Virus record (IMG/VR): IMGVR_UViG_3300030390_001703 | Span: 1 to 63,749 of that record | Length of the DNA stretch: 63,749 nucleotides | From: a virus | Lineage: Duplodnaviria; Caudoviricetes | Direction: 5' to 3' (one strand) | Shown here: one piece after another, positions 1 through 9,403 of the stretch | Position numbering within the stretch: position 1 is the stretch's first letter | Layout: each line of letters starts with the position of its first letter | Notes under the pieces: model-generated | Seen by the model: only the letters and a program-made list of their open reading frames with translations | Told to the model about the DNA's origin: nothing | Database searches by the model: none | Program-made: the position numbers and the translations under genes

Positions 1-141
1 TCCATATCCAGGTTCTTTCGAGTGTGCGCTCTCGGATATGCTGCCGAGTCATCATCCATCACCTTACACAAATACTCCTGTGCGAAAGCTAAGTCACCCA
101 TAGCTCCTTTCTGTTCCATGATGAAGGCCAAGCTCCTTTGC
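1..141. repeat. Terminal overlap copy 1 (matches 63609-63749, 135/141 identical)
   Basis: Direct comparison of window ends; mismatches at 78, 81, 84, 87, 90, 96. Indicates a circular or circularly permuted assembly. Confidence 0.95.
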
Positions 142-839
142 TCCGGCCAAAGAACTTGTCGTTTTACCTCACCAGCACTTGCTCGCCACTCATCCCAATT
201 AGGGATAGCTGACCACGTTCCGCTTTTCCAGGCATCATTCGATAGCATCTCCGTGTGGTACAGATCAACAGCACTCATCGGCGTTCCGACGCAGTACAAG
301 CTCGTCCCAGGGCTTAACATAGGCGTTACAACCTTCTGCAACCAAAGCCTTACCGAATCCATAGGTGTGTCGCCCATGTCCGTTAGCACGTCGTCAAGAG
401 CAATACAGGCTGGATGCTCACCACGCATAGCAGCACCCATACCTGTTGCCTTGATCCACGCACCATTCGTAAGCCTAAGCTCGAACTTTCCTCCCCGCTT
501 ATCGTCAATGAACTTCCGCAATTCGGGGTGTCTTGTCAAATCCTCTCGAATCTCACTAAGTCGATTGCTCGCAGTATCTTTGCTCGCTGAAAAAAGCCAA
601 CAGGTGAACGGTTTGTCCCTCCACTTAGCGAACAACGCCTCATGAAGCAGCTTGATTCTCAATGTCGTGGACTTGCTATGATCTCTGGGTGCAATAATGC
701 AAACCCTGTGAACTTGAGCTTTCTTACGATCCGAATACAGTTCAAGCCACTCATCAATATGCTCTCCACGATTATACCCAAGCCACTCATAGAAGTAGCC
801 TACGTCACCTCTGGAACGCTCAAGAGAGAAACCTTTCAT
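1..839 (-). CDS. terL: Terminase large subunit, N-terminal ATPase part (continues across the join into 63608-62960; ~495 aa in total)
   Basis: Absent from ORF track because it runs off the edge. Manual translation from ATG at 839: MKGFSLERSRGDVGYFYEWL...; Walker A APRDHSKST, Walker B IALDD, coupling motif VGTP; in frame with the 62960 ORF. Confidence 0.9.
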   Translation of the reverse strand, partial: MKGFSLERSRGDVGYFYEWLGYNRGEHIDEWLELYSDRKKAQVHRVCIIAPRDHSKSTTLRIKLLHEALFAKWRDKPFTCWLFSASKDTASNRLSEIREDLTRHPELRKFIDDKRGGKFELRLTNGAWIKATGMGAAMRGEHPACIALDDVLTDMGDTPMDSVRLWLQKVVTPMLSPGTSLYCVGTPMSAVDLYHTEMLSNDAWKSGTWSAIPNWDEWRASAGEVKRQVLWPEQRSLAFIMEQKGAMGDLAFAQEYLCKVMDDDSAAYPRAHTRKNLDM

Positions 840-1024
840 ACTGTCGAACTCCTAACAGCACATTCAATCTCAACACCACATTGGTTGCAGTAAAGAATAA
901 CAGTTCTGTATTGCTCATTTACTTGAGCAATTTCCCATCGGTGAGAGTTCCATGCGTTTCCACATTCCATAGCCTCACTACGTCGAATCCGATAAATCAA
1001 GGTTCGCACTACTTCATTCGCCAT
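836..1024 (-). CDS. Small Zn-ribbon protein
   Basis: CxxC pairs (CMEC if the frame starts slightly differently; CNQC clear); ATGA overlap with terL start. Confidence 0.6.
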   Translation of the reverse strand: MANEVVRTLIYRIRRSEAMECGNAWNSHRWEIAQVNEQYRTVILYCNQCGVEIECAVRSSTV

Positions 1025-1079
1025 CGGTTATAGGAAGCAACCCGCCTCACCAACAAGTGTATGAAGTTCCGCCAGAAAC

Positions 1080-1313
1080 TCATTCTTCAGCCTCGGTCAT
1101 TCGCACATCAGCTCCGCATCCAGAGCAAACAAGAATAGTCACCATACCTTCGCCGTCTAAGCCAAAGTCTTGTTTTTCAAAGTCGTTTTGCCAAATTAGC
1201 TTGTGACCACACCACCAACAGGTAGCAAAGCTCCTTGTATCGACAAAACCTTCATCGGGATCATTCTGGGGCCATTCATCGGTCACAATTGTATCGGATT
1301 TATTCTTAGTCAC
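1080..1313 (-). CDS. Small Zn-ribbon protein
   Basis: CWWC and CSGC pairs; same strand and operon as terL. Confidence 0.7.
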   Translation of the reverse strand: MTKNKSDTIVTDEWPQNDPDEGFVDTRSFATCWWCGHKLIWQNDFEKQDFGLDGEGMVTILVCSGCGADVRMTEAEE

Positions 1314-1315
1314 TA

Positions 1316-1522
1316 TTATTCCTCCTTCCTTACAGAGTCAAACCAAACAGATGCCCAAGACTGATAACATGATCGACAAAATTGATGAATACCTGCTTCT
1401 GGATCGACGTTATTCCCGCACTTATGGTTGTTAATGCAAGGGTGTGGTTCGTATATCCACCCATCATCCATAATCACTGTTTCCAATTCCTCGTTAATTT
1501 GATGTGCTGTCTTTTCTGTCAT
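1316..1522 (-). CDS. Small Cys-rich hypothetical protein
   Basis: GGTGAG RBS upstream, CxxxxxC...CRSC; first gene of the leftward operon. Confidence 0.65.
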   Translation of the reverse strand: MTEKTAHQINEELETVIMDDGWIYEPHPCINNHKCGNNVDPEAGIHQFCRSCYQSWASVWFDSVRKEE

Positions 1523-1561
1523 ACTCTCACCTTAAAATATCACAGCCGCCTACATACCAAC

Positions 1562-1771
1562 ATGGCCGATGACGCTATCCTCATGATCCTCTCGAATCAC
1601 GGCGACAGACTCACCAGCATTGAAAGCGACGTGCATGATATACGCACAGGGATTCAGCAAATAAAGGATGGCCCTATGTACGCCCTCGACAGGCAAATTA
1701 AGCGTAAAGTAGCACAAACAGGTGGACTTCTCGGACTTCTTCTCTTAGCCTTCACAGCCCTTATTCAATAA
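1562..1771 (+). CDS. Small coiled-coil protein with C-terminal transmembrane helix
   Basis: Likely start MADDAIL at 1562, ~30 nt after TTAAAATA; heptad segment then GGLLGLLLLAFTALI. Confidence 0.65.
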   Translation: MADDAILMILSNHGDRLTSIESDVHDIRTGIQQIKDGPMYALDRQIKRKVAQTGGLLGLLLLAFTALIQ

Positions 1772-1806
1772 ACACATTGAAGAATCGCACACTCCCTCAA
1801 ACAATC

Positions 1807-3204
1807 ATGGGCCTACGGCAACGTATCGTACAAGCAGTCACAGGTCGTGGCTCCAACCCACCTCCTATTGCTCCAAGCATCTCAACGAAGCAAAGTCATG
1901 GCTTCGCCGCTATTGCTGGTTTAGCTGACATTATGGAGGACACCAACAAGCTCCGGCTGGACTCGAACTACGACAATGACTTCGACATTTACGACGCTAT
2001 GGTTGAACTTGATCCAGAACTTAACGGAGCTGTTCGGTCTGTATCACTATCAGCCAACCACTATCGAGTTGAATACAAGAAAGCAAAGAACGCAACAATT
2101 CGCAAGGTCATCAAAGAACTCGTTGAAGAACGCCTGGACTTCGACGATCTTCTTGTCGCAACCATGCGTGACCTCATGGTGTATGGGAACAGCATCAACA
2201 AGCTGATAGGTCGTGCAGGTGAAGGTATCACCAGGGTTCAATCCCTCCCAATTAAGCAAATCACCATCACCGACGACAGAGAACCAATGGCTGTCGGCTA
2301 TTCTGGTGTTTATGCGACAAAGGACAACCCAATCATGGAAGCTCGCTACTACCGCTTCCGAGAACAGCAAATTGATATGCAAACATTCCCTGCTGATGAG
2401 ATACTTCACTTCCGCCTCGATGCACGTTCTAATTGGTATCAAGACTACTTGGGGCGTTGGACTTACGGAGTATGGGGTGCATCCCGCTTTACCTCCCTCA
2501 AGCAAGCAATCCGAGCTAAATACAACACCATTAACAACAGACTCGCCCTACAAGACGCTCTCACCCGTCAATACATCAAGATCGGCAAAGAAGCGATTGA
2601 AGGCATCCCAGACCCCGACGAAGCAAGAGAACGCCTAACCTACATCATGGATCAAGTAGGTTCGTTAATGGAAGGTCTTCGTGCAGACCAAATCCCAATT
2701 CTCCCACACTACGTTGAGATGCACCATGTCGATTTGTCGAACAGCATTCCAGACGACACTAAGTTCCTCGATAGCATCAACGCCGACATTTCAGCCGTTC
2801 TCAATGTTCCAAGAGTAGCAGCAGGTCAAGAATCCGGTTCAACCTTCGCAGCCACCTACAACGCTAATATGTGGTCGGTTATGGCTATTGAACGCCTACA
2901 AACAATCGTAGCAGAAAAAATACAACACTTGTTTTCCGATCACCTTGAACTCATGGGTATTGCTCACAAGCGTTCCGATTTGCCACCACTCGTCTTTGAG
3001 CCTGTGGATCAAGAATCACCACTACACAAGATGCAAAGAGCCAAGCTCGGTATTGATGCTGGAATCCTTACTCGAAACGAGGCAAGAGAGATGAACGATC
3101 TAAACGCAACCCTTGACGGGAATGTTGTAGCTCCACCGTCCACTTCTGGCCCAACAGGGGAACTTCCCCGACCTGGTGAAGTAGTGCATGATGTGAAGCC
3201 ATGA
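1807..3204 (+). CDS. Portal protein
   Basis: ~465 aa, first large gene of head module; portal-like segments DLMVYGNS, EILHFR, ISAVLNVP, GILTRNEARE. ATG 1807 preferred over TTG 1777. Confidence 0.88.
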   Translation: MGLRQRIVQAVTGRGSNPPPIAPSISTKQSHGFAAIAGLADIMEDTNKLRLDSNYDNDFDIYDAMVELDPELNGAVRSVSLSANHYRVEYKKAKNATIRKVIKELVEERLDFDDLLVATMRDLMVYGNSINKLIGRAGEGITRVQSLPIKQITITDDREPMAVGYSGVYATKDNPIMEARYYRFREQQIDMQTFPADEILHFRLDARSNWYQDYLGRWTYGVWGASRFTSLKQAIRAKYNTINNRLALQDALTRQYIKIGKEAIEGIPDPDEARERLTYIMDQVGSLMEGLRADQIPILPHYVEMHHVDLSNSIPDDTKFLDSINADISAVLNVPRVAAGQESGSTFAATYNANMWSVMAIERLQTIVAEKIQHLFSDHLELMGIAHKRSDLPPLVFEPVDQESPLHKMQRAKLGIDAGILTRNEAREMNDLNATLDGNVVAPPSTSGPTGELPRPGEVVHDVKP

Positions 3205-3223
3205 TGAAAACGGTGAAGGATAG

Positions 3224-3352
3224 ATGGGTTCAAATGAAAAAATTGCTACGTGCGCTAATAATCCGCCGTGTCTAATAACCATGACAACAATATCAACCAT
3301 GTGCCTTTACTGCAAAATCCAACAAGCAAAGAATTGGAACAAACCATATTGA
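3224..3352 (+). CDS. Small Cys-rich protein (42 aa)
   Basis: Manual translation MGSNEKIATCANNPPC...CLYCK; fills the gap between portal and next gene, GGTGA upstream. Confidence 0.4.
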   Translation: MGSNEKIATCANNPPCLITMTTISTMCLYCKIQQAKNWNKPY

Positions 3353-3361
3353 GGTGAAATA

Positions 3362-3796
3362 ATGTCAAAAAAAGAGAACTCATTCAATGACCGCATGGTG
3401 TCAAGAACCGTCTTACCTACAATTTACCTATGGCTTCTTGCTGCTGGCGCAGTAGTGTTTATGGGTATATGGAAGCCAGATGTGGTTCTCACCAACCTTG
3501 ACGGCTTTATCGCACTTATCGCTATCATCAGCGGTGTCGCAGCCCCAGCATTAGCTACTATCCTTCGTATGTGGGAATCCGAGCAAACAATTGAAATCGA
3601 CAACATAGGCGTTCAATTAGAAAATGAGCGCACACTTGACTCTCTTCGTAAGGATCACATCATTGAGATGGAAAAAGCTCAAATGGTTCACGCTCACGCT
3701 TTAGCCTCATCAGCTCAAGAGCATGAGCAAATCGTTGAGAAGCATAAAGAAACCATAGTGAAGCTAAATCCAATACACAAAATGAGTGATGAGTGA
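3362..3796 (+). CDS. Membrane protein, two TM helices plus coiled coil (holin-like topology)
   Basis: Two hydrophobic spans, charged helical C-terminus, GAGGTGA RBS. Confidence 0.7.
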   Translation: MSKKENSFNDRMVSRTVLPTIYLWLLAAGAVVFMGIWKPDVVLTNLDGFIALIAIISGVAAPALATILRMWESEQTIEIDNIGVQLENERTLDSLRKDHIIEMEKAQMVHAHALASSAQEHEQIVEKHKETIVKLNPIHKMSDE

Positions 3797-5265
3797 TTAT
3801 AATGTCAAAAGCTGATGATGAACTCGTAGCGAGAGCAAAAGTGTTAGCAGAGGCAACAGGCAGGGACTTTGAAGATGTTATCGCTGATCTGGCTGACGAC
3901 GGCGTTCTTAATCAGTCGAATAAAGAAAATGACGCAGACCTCATCACACAACTCAAAGAAGCTGCGGAACTAATGAGCGCAGTTCAAAGCATCAACAAAG
4001 AAGTGTCCGAGAACACCGTATTGAACGGTGGTGACAACAAAACCGAAGTTAATGTTGACACAACCCTCGAAGGCGACGTTGTGGATCGAGCGATAGCCAG
4101 CGTCAATCGTAAAGTCGTGGAGCTAAAGAAAATAGCAATTGTCGTCATTCCTGTCATACTTTTAATCACAGGAGGAACTATGTCAAGCATGGATATATTC
4201 TCATCAAGTGACACCGATGACGAACCCTTTGAACCTATCATGGTTGAGTATTGGGGCTGCACCGATTGGAGTGCTATGAACTACGACGAATACGCTAACA
4301 TGGATGATGGTTCATGTGAGTATCATATTTATGGATGCACCAATGATGCAGCACCTAACTACGATTCTATGGCTACAATGGATGATGGTTCATGCGAACC
4401 AGAACCCGAACCTGTTTATGGTTGCATGGATAATGAAGCAGAGAACTATGATCCAGAAGCAGAAGAGGATGATGGCTCTTGCTACTATCCCCCAGACCCA
4501 ATCAAGGGCTGCACAGACCCAGAAGCCGACAATTATGACGATGAGGCAGAAGAAGACGATGGATCATGCGAATACCCACCCGAACCAAGCCTTGAAGACT
4601 GCTTCGTAAGCATTGAGAATCATTACAGAGGACACCTCAACAATGACCCAAGCTCCGATACTATGGTTGTCGGATTCAAAGTAGTGCCGACTGACTGCGA
4701 CGACTTCACCATTGACGTATCAATTCATCTCTTTCAACAAGGTGAACCACCAGCCTACATTGAACACTATTCACTTGCAGGTGATACCGACCATGATGTA
4801 AGCCACACCTTTGATGATATGCCCGAAGGCACTTGGACTCCTAAGATTCGAGCAGTCGTTGAAGGACAAGAAAAATCAGAGATTAACTTTTGGGCTTTAG
4901 ATATTGAAGATCAGAATCCACCATGCGAAGGTTCAGCATCGTTTTACAACAGCTCATACTCCGTAGCCTACAACAATACCAACAACTCATCGTTAGCCAA
5001 CATAACCGTATTCTGGGATGCTGATTGGTCTTGCCAAGAACAACAATATGTCGAGATTGACATATTCGTTAAGTTCAATGACAGCATTATTCACTACTTA
5101 ACCATAAGTTACACACTCAACGGTCAATCACCTACTATTGCTAACTACACCATAGCCGATCTTGAAACTGCAAAGACCTACGAAGTATGTCTTGTCGTAT
5201 GGGTTGAGCGTGATGACTCTTGGATTCAAGACGACGAAGATAACCAAACTGTAACTATTTCATGA
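3793..5265 (+). CDS. Membrane-anchored acidic surface protein with four GCxDxxAxNYD...DDGSC repeats
   Basis: Coiled-coil N-terminus, one TM (IAIVVIPVILLITGG), four Cys-bounded acidic repeats, beta-rich C-terminal domains. Confidence 0.8.
   Translation: MIIMSKADDELVARAKVLAEATGRDFEDVIADLADDGVLNQSNKENDADLITQLKEAAELMSAVQSINKEVSENTVLNGGDNKTEVNVDTTLEGDVVDRAIASVNRKVVELKKIAIVVIPVILLITGGTMSSMDIFSSSDTDDEPFEPIMVEYWGCTDWSAMNYDEYANMDDGSCEYHIYGCTNDAAPNYDSMATMDDGSCEPEPEPVYGCMDNEAENYDPEAEEDDGSCYYPPDPIKGCTDPEADNYDDEAEEDDGSCEYPPEPSLEDCFVSIENHYRGHLNNDPSSDTMVVGFKVVPTDCDDFTIDVSIHLFQQGEPPAYIEHYSLAGDTDHDVSHTFDDMPEGTWTPKIRAVVEGQEKSEINFWALDIEDQNPPCEGSASFYNSSYSVAYNNTNNSSLANITVFWDADWSCQEQQYVEIDIFVKFNDSIIHYLTISYTLNGQSPTIANYTIADLETAKTYEVCLVVWVERDDSWIQDDEDNQTVTIS
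4255..4570 (+). repeat. Four imperfect intragenic repeats encoding GC(T/M)(D/N)xxAxNYDxxAxxDDGSC
   Basis: Visible in protein and DNA (recurring AACTACGA/AACTATGA and GATGATGG). Confidence 0.9.
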
Positions 5266-5274
5266 GATGATATT

Positions 5275-6357
5275 ATGCCAGAACCTACACCTAACGAAAG
5301 TCGCAAATCATTCATGGTACGTTGCATGGATGATGATAAAATGAAAACACAGTTCCCTAAATCCGACCAACGCTTTGCCGTATGCAACTCATACGCTGAC
5401 GAATCGGATGAATATGCTCTTGATCCCAAAAAGGGTGATATACCCCTTGAAGATATGGTCGGTTCGTCGGAGATGATCGGTGAGGCCGATGGCTATTTGG
5501 GTATGGCCGATGACACCTCACAAACGAACACCCACTTCGACGCTATCGTTGAAGCATCTAAGCTCGGCACAGTCGTTCTTGACTTTGAAACAATTGAAGC
5601 TGTTCAATACGGCAAACCAGGTAAGAATGATCCACGAAAGACTCCTGCTAAACCCGATGAGCGAAAGAAAGGCTCTAAGAAAAACAAGCCTGGATCAGCT
5701 AAGAAGCCTAACTCAAAGATTGTCGTTTCACCGGCAACTCGTAAAACAATCGAGAATAAGATGAAGGAGCATAACAAGAAGGGCAAAGGCTCGAAAGCAT
5801 CTATGGGCGCACTCCTTACAGTGTTCCGTCGTGGTGCTGGAGCTTTTAGCACAAGCCACGCCCCTAACATGAGTCGTAACGGATGGGGAGTCGCAAGAGT
5901 CAACGCATTTCTTTACCTCTTACGCAACGGCAAACCGTCGAACCCCAACTACAAGCAAGACAATGACCTACTTCCTAAGTCCCACCCAAGAGCAAAGAAA
6001 GCATCAGCAGACTGTGGTTGCGAAGGAGTTCCTATCGAAGCAGCGGAGTATGAGGGTCGAACAGTCACGCTTAACAAACCGTTTCGTATGCCTAAAGGCA
6101 ACTCAAAGAAGTTCGGAGTCTATGCGATCAATGACAAAGGCAACGTAGTTCTTGTTCGCTTTGGCGACCCGAACATGGAAATCCGTCGTGATGATCCAGA
6201 AGCTCGAAAGAATTATCGTAAGCGTATGGGTTGCGATACACCCAGGGTTGGCCCTAAATGGAAAGCGAATTACTGGTCTTGCTGGCAGTGGCGAAGTGGT
6301 TCAAAAGTCAAAGGCAACCTTGAAGAATCGCAAGGGGAGTCGATTAACCATGAGTGA
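5275..6357 (+). CDS. Multi-module basic head-associated protein
   Basis: N-terminal PxPxxxES...F..RCM...FP...QR.AVC module, Lys-rich linker, WGVARVNAF module and VRFGD...ANYWSC module, recalled from phage head-morphogenesis regions. Confidence 0.6.
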   Translation: MPEPTPNESRKSFMVRCMDDDKMKTQFPKSDQRFAVCNSYADESDEYALDPKKGDIPLEDMVGSSEMIGEADGYLGMADDTSQTNTHFDAIVEASKLGTVVLDFETIEAVQYGKPGKNDPRKTPAKPDERKKGSKKNKPGSAKKPNSKIVVSPATRKTIENKMKEHNKKGKGSKASMGALLTVFRRGAGAFSTSHAPNMSRNGWGVARVNAFLYLLRNGKPSNPNYKQDNDLLPKSHPRAKKASADCGCEGVPIEAAEYEGRTVTLNKPFRMPKGNSKKFGVYAINDKGNVVLVRFGDPNMEIRRDDPEARKNYRKRMGCDTPRVGPKWKANYWSCWQWRSGSKVKGNLEESQGESINHE

Positions 6358-7780
6358 TTGCTGCGACGACTGCGGAAATGTTCAAGCCGCCGAGCAAGAT
6401 GTGTTCAAGACACCTCAAGAAGCTATGAAGCGAGCAAGAGAGCTTGGTTGCGACACAGTTCATACTCACCGACATGAAGGCGAAACCCTGTTCATGCCCT
6501 GCTCATCTATGAAGCAGTATCAAGAAAAGACAGAGGAAAAAGAAGCATACATCAAAGAAGAAGACCTCGAAGGTATGTATGACGACGAGGATGAAGAAGA
6601 GGAAAACAAAAAAGCATCCTGTGATGATTCTTGCCCTCCTGGTTTTGAATCCGTAGCAGGTGAATGTGTTGCTGTAACCTGTGAGCTTGAGATTGATTCT
6701 TTTGAAGCTATACTTTCAGCAAGCACTGGAACAAACGCTATCCGAATGACAGGAGTTGCATTTACTTCTGGCTACAATAAGAACGGCTGGCAAATCACTT
6801 CTTCTGGCGCAAAATCTCTTGCCAAGAAAATGATTGGATCAGACATAACTCTCAACCACCCACACACTAAGAGAGGTCGTTTTACTCGAAACATGGATGG
6901 TGGAGTCGATGAAGCCGTAGTAGGAATCGTCACTGAAGCTGAATATGAAGAAGATGAAAAGGGCTACAAGGTTAAGTTCGCTGGTGAAGTGTACCGTGAA
7001 GAACTCTTTGCTTCTCTTGAGTCTGGTCTATGGCTACGTCAAGGCTACGGTGTTTCAATCGGAGGAACAGGCATTCCTATCGCAACCGAAGAGGATGAGA
7101 AGGGTCGTATGATGATGACGTTTGAATCCGACTTTGAGTTCGATCACCTCGCTATCGTACACAAACCCGCTTACGCAGACGCTAAAATAGAAACTGTTGA
7201 ACGGATCAGCAAAGAAATTGAAGCCTCGGAAGAAACCTCACCATTGATATACCGCAACGGTGATAGAACGAATCAACCAACCAATACGGAGGCAACACAA
7301 ATGCAAACCGAAGATGAATTAACAATCCAGGCCAGCGAAGAATCAATCGCTCTCAAAGAATCTCTTGTTTTGGCAGAAGCTAAAATCGCAGCCTTTGAAG
7401 CAGCAGAAAAAGAATCTCAAGAAGAAGCTCGTTTGAGCCTCGTCACCAAAGCATCCGACATGGGGCTTTCTGGCGTTGAAGACTTTTCAAGTGAAATGCT
7501 AACACGTGTTATCGCAAGCTGGGAAGAATCCCGACCTGCGGTGAAAGAGATGATCCCTGCAACCCCAGCAGCTCAAGAAAAGGTCATTGAAGCAACAGAA
7601 GCACCTCGCCGTGAAGTTGTGGCTAACTACCTCAACGGCGAACTTGTCGAATCCGACAAAGTGACATACGGTAAAGCCTGGAACGCATGGGCTTCCGCAT
7701 GGAACGGCAACCTTTCAACCATTGAGAACGGAGAAGGTCTTCGTGCGCCAATGTTTGATGACATTAAGGAGATGATTTGA
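6350..7780 (+). CDS. Prohead protease-scaffold fusion
   Basis: Likely start MSDCCDDC at 6350; NKNGW, LNH, VSIG, DHLAIVHKPAY resemble capsid maturation proteases; helical acidic C-terminus; upstream of capsid genes. Confidence 0.8.
   Translation: MSDCCDDCGNVQAAEQDVFKTPQEAMKRARELGCDTVHTHRHEGETLFMPCSSMKQYQEKTEEKEAYIKEEDLEGMYDDEDEEEENKKASCDDSCPPGFESVAGECVAVTCELEIDSFEAILSASTGTNAIRMTGVAFTSGYNKNGWQITSSGAKSLAKKMIGSDITLNHPHTKRGRFTRNMDGGVDEAVVGIVTEAEYEEDEKGYKVKFAGEVYREELFASLESGLWLRQGYGVSIGGTGIPIATEEDEKGRMMMTFESDFEFDHLAIVHKPAYADAKIETVERISKEIEASEETSPLIYRNGDRTNQPTNTEATQMQTEDELTIQASEESIALKESLVLAEAKIAAFEAAEKESQEEARLSLVTKASDMGLSGVEDFSSEMLTRVIASWEESRPAVKEMIPATPAAQEKVIEATEAPRREVVANYLNGELVESDKVTYGKAWNAWASAWNGNLSTIENGEGLRAPMFDDIKEMI
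7243..7269 (+). promoter_or_regulatory. Putative late promoter ATTGATATAnCGCA-N6-ATAGAAC inside the protease gene
   Basis: Same motif and spacing at 15132-15158 before the tail tube gene. Confidence 0.7.
7301..7780 (+). CDS. Nested in-frame scaffold protein (159 aa)
   Basis: GGAGG RBS and ATG at 7301 just downstream of the internal promoter; in frame with protease; coiled-coil sequence. Confidence 0.6.
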   Translation: MQTEDELTIQASEESIALKESLVLAEAKIAAFEAAEKESQEEARLSLVTKASDMGLSGVEDFSSEMLTRVIASWEESRPAVKEMIPATPAAQEKVIEATEAPRREVVANYLNGELVESDKVTYGKAWNAWASAWNGNLSTIENGEGLRAPMFDDIKEMI

Positions 7781-8187
7781 TGGCAGACTTCCCAAGCAAC
7801 TACCGCAGCATGATTGTAAAAGACGGAGTTCTTCCGAAAGCAGGGAATCTGCTCAACTACGACGCAACCTCTGGTGCTGGAACTGTTGATCTTACTGCAA
7901 ACGGAGATGCTTGCTTCTTTATCGCACTTGACGAATCTTCCAGAGATGCAGACCAAGCTCTTGTGACTGCTGGAGCTACTATCACAGCACTTCCTGTTGG
8001 TGGAATGGCGTATGTTCTCATTACTGCCAGCGAAGCAATTGTGGCTGGACAAGTTCTTTACGTCGCCGCAAATGGATTAGCAACTAAGGTTGCTGGTTCA
8101 AACAAAATCCTCGGACATTACTTAGGATCAGCACTCACTACTGCTGCTGACACCTTGTATGCCGTGAATACCAAGCAAACCAACTGA
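7777..8187 (+). CDS. Capsid decoration/cement protein
   Basis: 136 aa, Ala/Gly/Thr-rich beta protein between scaffold and MCP; IVAGQVLYVAANG pattern. Confidence 0.7.
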   Translation: MMADFPSNYRSMIVKDGVLPKAGNLLNYDATSGAGTVDLTANGDACFFIALDESSRDADQALVTAGATITALPVGGMAYVLITASEAIVAGQVLYVAANGLATKVAGSNKILGHYLGSALTTAADTLYAVNTKQTN

Positions 8188-8196
8188 TAACAGGAG

Positions 8197-9135
8197 ATGA
8201 ATAAGATGGCAACAATGAACCTTAACCAAATACTCGGACAAAACCTACAAGCTGATGCGGCAGTCGCACCAGCAGACGGGCCTTTCACCAAGCAAGACTC
8301 TGTTCTTCAACAGACTCTCCGTGACTTCATCCAGCTCCAATCCACCACTATTTCAGTGGGAACAAAAGTAGTCGGACTACGAACCGTTCCCTGGATGACC
8401 TACAAGTGGTTCACAGGCGCACAAGGCAGCTTTACCTTCCCTCTGGATGATAACGCAGTCGTTGATCCTACAAACATTGGAACTGCGAACTACACCGTTT
8501 CACTCGAAAAGGGTCAAGGTCGAACTGTCTTCCTCGATTCAGTCCGTCTTCGTGGAGAACGCTTTGAAACTCTTGATCGCCAGCAACTTGCTATCGTTCA
8601 AGCTCGCGCTTCAACCATTGACAACCACATTCTTTCAACTGTTTATGCAGGTGCAGGACAAACTCAAGCTGTCACAGCAGGTGCTTGGACAGGAGCTACC
8701 AACGACGCAGAGCGTGACACACTTCTTGCTATGGATAAAATCTTCCAGAACGCTCGAACCTCTGGCGACGAACCTTTGGCTATGGTGCTACCAGCAACTT
8801 GCCGAAGCACTTTGCTCAACACCACTCTTTACGGAAACGTCATCGAATCTCTTGAAACCCACTTGGGCCGTATCGCCCGCTTGTCGGTTCTTTACACACG
8901 TGACACCGCTGCTATGGGTGGCAACGACGGACTTCTCTTAATCCCAGGTGCAGAAACCGCAGAGTTCTTCCAGTACAACGGCCCAGGCTACATGGAAACC
9001 GAGATCACCCGCATGGAAGGTGTCGGATTCTCTTACCTCTTGACCTCTTACATGGGAACAATTGTTCACCAACAACAAGACGGCGCAGCAGCTGGCGACT
9101 CAAACAGAATCGCTAAGATCACAGGCGTTATTTGA
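8197..9135 (+). CDS. Major capsid protein (HK97 fold expected)
   Basis: 312 aa, canonical position, GGAG RBS, strongly biased codon usage. Confidence 0.78.
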   Translation: MNKMATMNLNQILGQNLQADAAVAPADGPFTKQDSVLQQTLRDFIQLQSTTISVGTKVVGLRTVPWMTYKWFTGAQGSFTFPLDDNAVVDPTNIGTANYTVSLEKGQGRTVFLDSVRLRGERFETLDRQQLAIVQARASTIDNHILSTVYAGAGQTQAVTAGAWTGATNDAERDTLLAMDKIFQNARTSGDEPLAMVLPATCRSTLLNTTLYGNVIESLETHLGRIARLSVLYTRDTAAMGGNDGLLLIPGAETAEFFQYNGPGYMETEITRMEGVGFSYLLTSYMGTIVHQQQDGAAAGDSNRIAKITGVI

Positions 9136-9154
9136 TATTGGTTGGTGACAACCG

Positions 9155-9403
9155 ATGGTACGCAAAGGATTCACAAAAGACAGACGGGGCCGTTTGGTTC
9201 GTACTGTCGAAGAAGTTCCAGAGCCTATCGCTGAACCCGTTGTTGAAGTCGTGGATCAAACCACTGACCTTGACTCACTTACATTCAATGAGCTTCGAGC
9301 TCTCTGCAAAGAGCGTGGTCTTGATGCAAAGGGAAAGAAGGCAGAATTGATAGCCAAGTTAAGTGATAGTGGAGATGGCGAAAGTGGCGAGGAAAGCGAA
9401 TAA
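9155..9403 (+). CDS. SAP/HeH-domain small protein
   Basis: LTFNELRALCKERGLDAKGKKAELIAKL matches the SAP motif. Confidence 0.8.
   Translation: MVRKGFTKDRRGRLVRTVEEVPEPIAEPVVEVVDQTTDLDSLTFNELRALCKERGLDAKGKKAELIAKLSDSGDGESGEESE

Noticed and set aside
22-893. + strand ORFs 22-645 and 642-893
   Set aside because: Antisense shadows of terL.
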